NCBI GenBank assembly: GCA_965197585.1 | Contig: OZ240215.1 | Coordinates: 2,912,001 to 2,976,000 of the forward strand | DNA from: Dehalococcoidia bacterium | GTDB lineage: Bacteria; Chloroflexota; Dehalococcoidia; Plut-88900 | Reading direction: 5' to 3' | DNA: 64,000 nt | Shown: positions 61,217 to 64,000 of the stretch, piece by piece | Layout: each line of letters begins with the position of its first letter | Position numbering within the stretch: position 1 is the stretch's first letter | Position numbers and translations under genes: made by a program | Notes under the pieces: model-generated | What the model saw: only the letters and a program-made list of their open reading frames with translations | Databases searched by the model: none | Told to the model about the DNA's origin: nothing

Positions 61217-61583
61217 ATCTTCCTGAGACTGCGGAACTTGACTCTGCCCCTATCCCTGAATCTAATCTATGCCTGTGATGGCGAGGGAACTGGGCTAGTA
61301 TGAGGATTCTAAGAGGCCACAATTATGGATCTGATTATACCCTTCCTCTCTACATATCTACATGGGCCGAACCATGGCTTTACCGCTCAGTGGGAGCCTG
61401 ACATCATATGGGGTTCCCCTCTTCTACAGCAAAGAACTTTTGGCCAAAGATCCCGTTAGAATAAACGTATGCCTTCGTGTTCCGACGGGAGGAAGCCCAA
61501 CAACCGAGACCCGATGAATTCACCCACCCCAAAACACCCCCCCACTCGTAACCCCACCCCTATCTCCACGTTAAAGTATATGC

Positions 61584-62990
61584 ATGAACTCTTTTAACCG
61601 CGTCCCTAGACTTGTCTTATTCGTCCTAGCCGCCCTCGTGGCCCTCGCCCTCGTGGTGGCCTGTGGTGGTAGTGAGCCGACGGCGATGCCGACTTCGACG
61701 GCTGTGCCCACCACCCCGCCCACGGCGACCCTCGCTCCGACTCAGGAATCCACGGAAGCTCCCACGCCGACTCCGGACCCCCTTGCGCAGAGGGTGTGGG
61801 ATACGGCGGTGATGCTGGCGGAGGAGTTGAGCCCCAGGGAGAGTGCAACGGAGGAGGAGCTTAGGGCGGCGAAGTATTTGGCGGGTCGGTTCTCGGGGTG
61901 GGGGTATGAGGTGGGGTTGCAGGACTTTGAGGCGGTGGAGATTAGTAGGGCGACCCGGCTGGTGGTCACGGGGCCGGGGGATGCCGTGGAGGGGTTGGCG
62001 CGTCTCGGGTTCAGGGACGGCGAGGGTGTATGGATGTTTGCCTTTCCGGCGGACCCGTCATCCCTGGCCGAGGAGGGGTACAGGCTGGAGGGAGACCTGG
62101 CGTACGCGGGCCGGGGCACGGGGGAGGACTTCTCGGGGGTCGACCTTAGGGGCAAGATCGCGCTGATAGAGGGGGGTGGGGGGGTGTCTTTGAGGGAGAA
62201 GGTGGAGGGCGCTGCGGAAGCCGGTGCCAAGGCAGCGGTGATATTTAATGAGGAGACCAATGCTGGGGCGTCCTGGGAGAGATTGTACGAAGAAACGATG
62301 ATTCCGGCCATCGGGATCGGGAATCGGGAGGGGCGGGGGTTGTTGCGGGCTTTGGAAACGGGGGGCACCGTGGAGGTAAGGGTCTCCAAATCGCCGTTGG
62401 CGCAACAGCCGTCCCGGAACGTCGTCGCAGAGCTGGAGAATGACATAGAGAACGACGAGACGCTGATAATCGGGGCGCACTACGATACGACGCCCGATTC
62501 TCCCGGCGCCAATGACAACGGCAGCGGCGTGGCGGCGGCCCTGGTCGTTGCGGAAGAGCTATCGGACGACGAGCTTCCCTTCGACCTGAGGTTCGTGCTT
62601 TTCGGGTCGGAGGAGATAGGGCTTAACGGCAGCTTTGCGTATGTCGGGGGGCTGGGGGAGGGGGGGTCGGAGAACATATTGGCGATGATTAACCTGGACG
62701 TGGTGGGGACGGGGAAGCTGACGGGGATTGGGTCGGACAGCATGGTCGAGTTGTCGGTGGAGACGGCGTCGGATATCGGTTTCGAACTGGGCACTGTGGA
62801 CCTTGGTGCGGGCTACGGCTCCGACCACATAGCCTTCATGCTGGCCGGCATCGACGTTATCTTCCTGTTCGCCGACGACGTGACCTACATCAACTCGCCC
62901 CTGGACACGCTGGAGCACCTGCAACCCGAGCCTCTGGCGCAGAGTGTCGAGTTGACGCTGGAGATAGTCGAGCGGCTGGCGGAGCAATAG
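61584..62990 (+). CDS. M28 aminopeptidase lipoprotein with PA domain
   Basis: Lipobox VVACG; GKIALI; GAHYD, PGANDNGSG, FGSEEIGLNGS, NLD, SDH. Confidence 0.92.
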   Translation: MNSFNRVPRLVLFVLAALVALALVVACGGSEPTAMPTSTAVPTTPPTATLAPTQESTEAPTPTPDPLAQRVWDTAVMLAEELSPRESATEEELRAAKYLAGRFSGWGYEVGLQDFEAVEISRATRLVVTGPGDAVEGLARLGFRDGEGVWMFAFPADPSSLAEEGYRLEGDLAYAGRGTGEDFSGVDLRGKIALIEGGGGVSLREKVEGAAEAGAKAAVIFNEETNAGASWERLYEETMIPAIGIGNREGRGLLRALETGGTVEVRVSKSPLAQQPSRNVVAELENDIENDETLIIGAHYDTTPDSPGANDNGSGVAAALVVAEELSDDELPFDLRFVLFGSEEIGLNGSFAYVGGLGEGGSENILAMINLDVVGTGKLTGIGSDSMVELSVETASDIGFELGTVDLGAGYGSDHIAFMLAGIDVIFLFADDVTYINSPLDTLEHLQPEPLAQSVELTLEIVERLAEQ

Positions 62991-63084
62991 GGAAATTGGA
63001 GTGGGTCGGGGGTTATCAGAATGGCTGAGGGTGGGATAGAATTGTCACAAATCGCTCGGTTCCTCGGAGGGAGAGAACAGTACA

Positions 63085-63735
63085 ATGCTTAGATTTGCTG
63101 AAGAGATCATCCTGATCCTGCTGGACGACGAGGATGGCAAGTTCGTGCGCGTGCCCAGATGGTCGCTCAACTACGCCCTGGCCGGGGGTGTGCTGATGGA
63201 CCTGGCGATGGAGAACCGCATCGACACGGACATCGAGAATCTGATGCTGATCGACTCCACGTTTGTCGGGGACAGCCTGCTTGACCCGGTGCTGGCCGAG
63301 ATAGCGGAGGAGGAGCAGAAGGACATCCGTTACTGGCTCGAACACATCGCTGAGAAGGCTTCCGAGATCCGGGAGGAGGCGCTTAGCCGGCTGGTGGCGG
63401 GCGGCATCCTGGAACGGCAGGACGACCGTTTTATGTGGATGTTCAGGTCTAGGCGCTATCCCATGATCGATGGCGAGGCGGAGCGGGAGGTGAAGCTGCG
63501 AATCATGGAGGTCCTGTTCAGTGACGAAATCCCCGACCCCCGGGACATTATGATCATCTGCCTGGTGGATGCGTGCGGCATCTTCAAGGAGCTGCTGTCT
63601 CGGCGGCAGTTGGGACAGGTCGCGCCGCGTATCGAGCAGGTGCGGAAGCTGGACCTCATCGGCCAGGCGATGTCACAGGCGATCCGGGATATCGAACTGA
63701 CGGTGATATCGTCGATGCAGCCGCATCTTTACTAG
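63085..63735 (+). CDS. GOLPH3/GPP34-family phosphoprotein
   Basis: FAEEIILILLDDE.G, LAGGVLMDL...RI, L..L...GIL, RRYP. Confidence 0.85.
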   Translation: MLRFAEEIILILLDDEDGKFVRVPRWSLNYALAGGVLMDLAMENRIDTDIENLMLIDSTFVGDSLLDPVLAEIAEEEQKDIRYWLEHIAEKASEIREEALSRLVAGGILERQDDRFMWMFRSRRYPMIDGEAEREVKLRIMEVLFSDEIPDPRDIMIICLVDACGIFKELLSRRQLGQVAPRIEQVRKLDLIGQAMSQAIRDIELTVISSMQPHLY

Positions 63736-63759
63736 GACGTATTACAAGGGATAAAGAGG

Positions 63760-63792
63760 AGCGCCGCTCGGCTTAGCCGGGCGGCGCTTTTT
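63760..63792 (+). terminator. intrinsic terminator
   Basis: AGCGCCGCTCGGC-TTA-GCCGGGCGGCGCT then TTTT. Confidence 0.8.
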
Positions 63793-63910
63793 GTATGGGG
63801 GGGAATCACCCTCACCCTAGCCCTCTCCCATCGAGGGAGAGGGGACTGGACCTCCCCTCCGCCGCCAGGGATAAGGTTTATGCAGAGGACTCATCGAGTT
63901 AGAGAGATTA

Positions 63911-64000
63911 CTAGTTGAAGGAGCTGATGGCGTCTTCCTGGGAGTCGCTGATCTGGATAATCTGATCGAAGCCGCTGACCGAGAAAAGCTCCCTGACCTG
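63911..64000 (-). CDS. STAS-domain anti-anti-sigma factor, C-terminal fragment
   Basis: QVRELFSVSGFDQIIQISDSQEDAISSFN*. Confidence 0.7.
   Translation of the reverse strand, partial: QVRELFSVSGFDQIIQISDSQEDAISSFN

Overview
GC-rich bacterial chromosome window. LLM oxidoreductases, GuaB3, Pro/Thr-linker lipoproteins and dense REP-like palindromes suggest Chloroflexota (Dehalococcoidia/SAR202-like); this is inference. It holds a mobA-AOR-nuoE-nuoF-fdh operon split by a type II restriction-modification pair, panB/panC/surE, glnS, a glutamate dehydrogenase, four tRNAs, an IS481 remnant, an IS30 inserted in a REP, and several low-GC islets with nuclease- or toxin-like genes. Highlights read from the sequence: (1) two paralogous non-coding cassettes (~36.5-37.4 kb, ~58.1-59.1 kb) sharing promoter, leader, a covarying long-range stem and tail, but enclosing unrelated 300-430 nt structured cargo; (2) a coupled three-gene low-GC operon ending in an ADP-ribosyltransferase-like gene; (3) an AOR homolog lacking all four expected Fe-S cysteines; (4) a UGA-recoded selenoprotein missed by the ORF track; (5) a NYN RNase preceded by a promoter, short hairpin RNA and terminator. 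Family names come from motif recognition only; no database searches were run.
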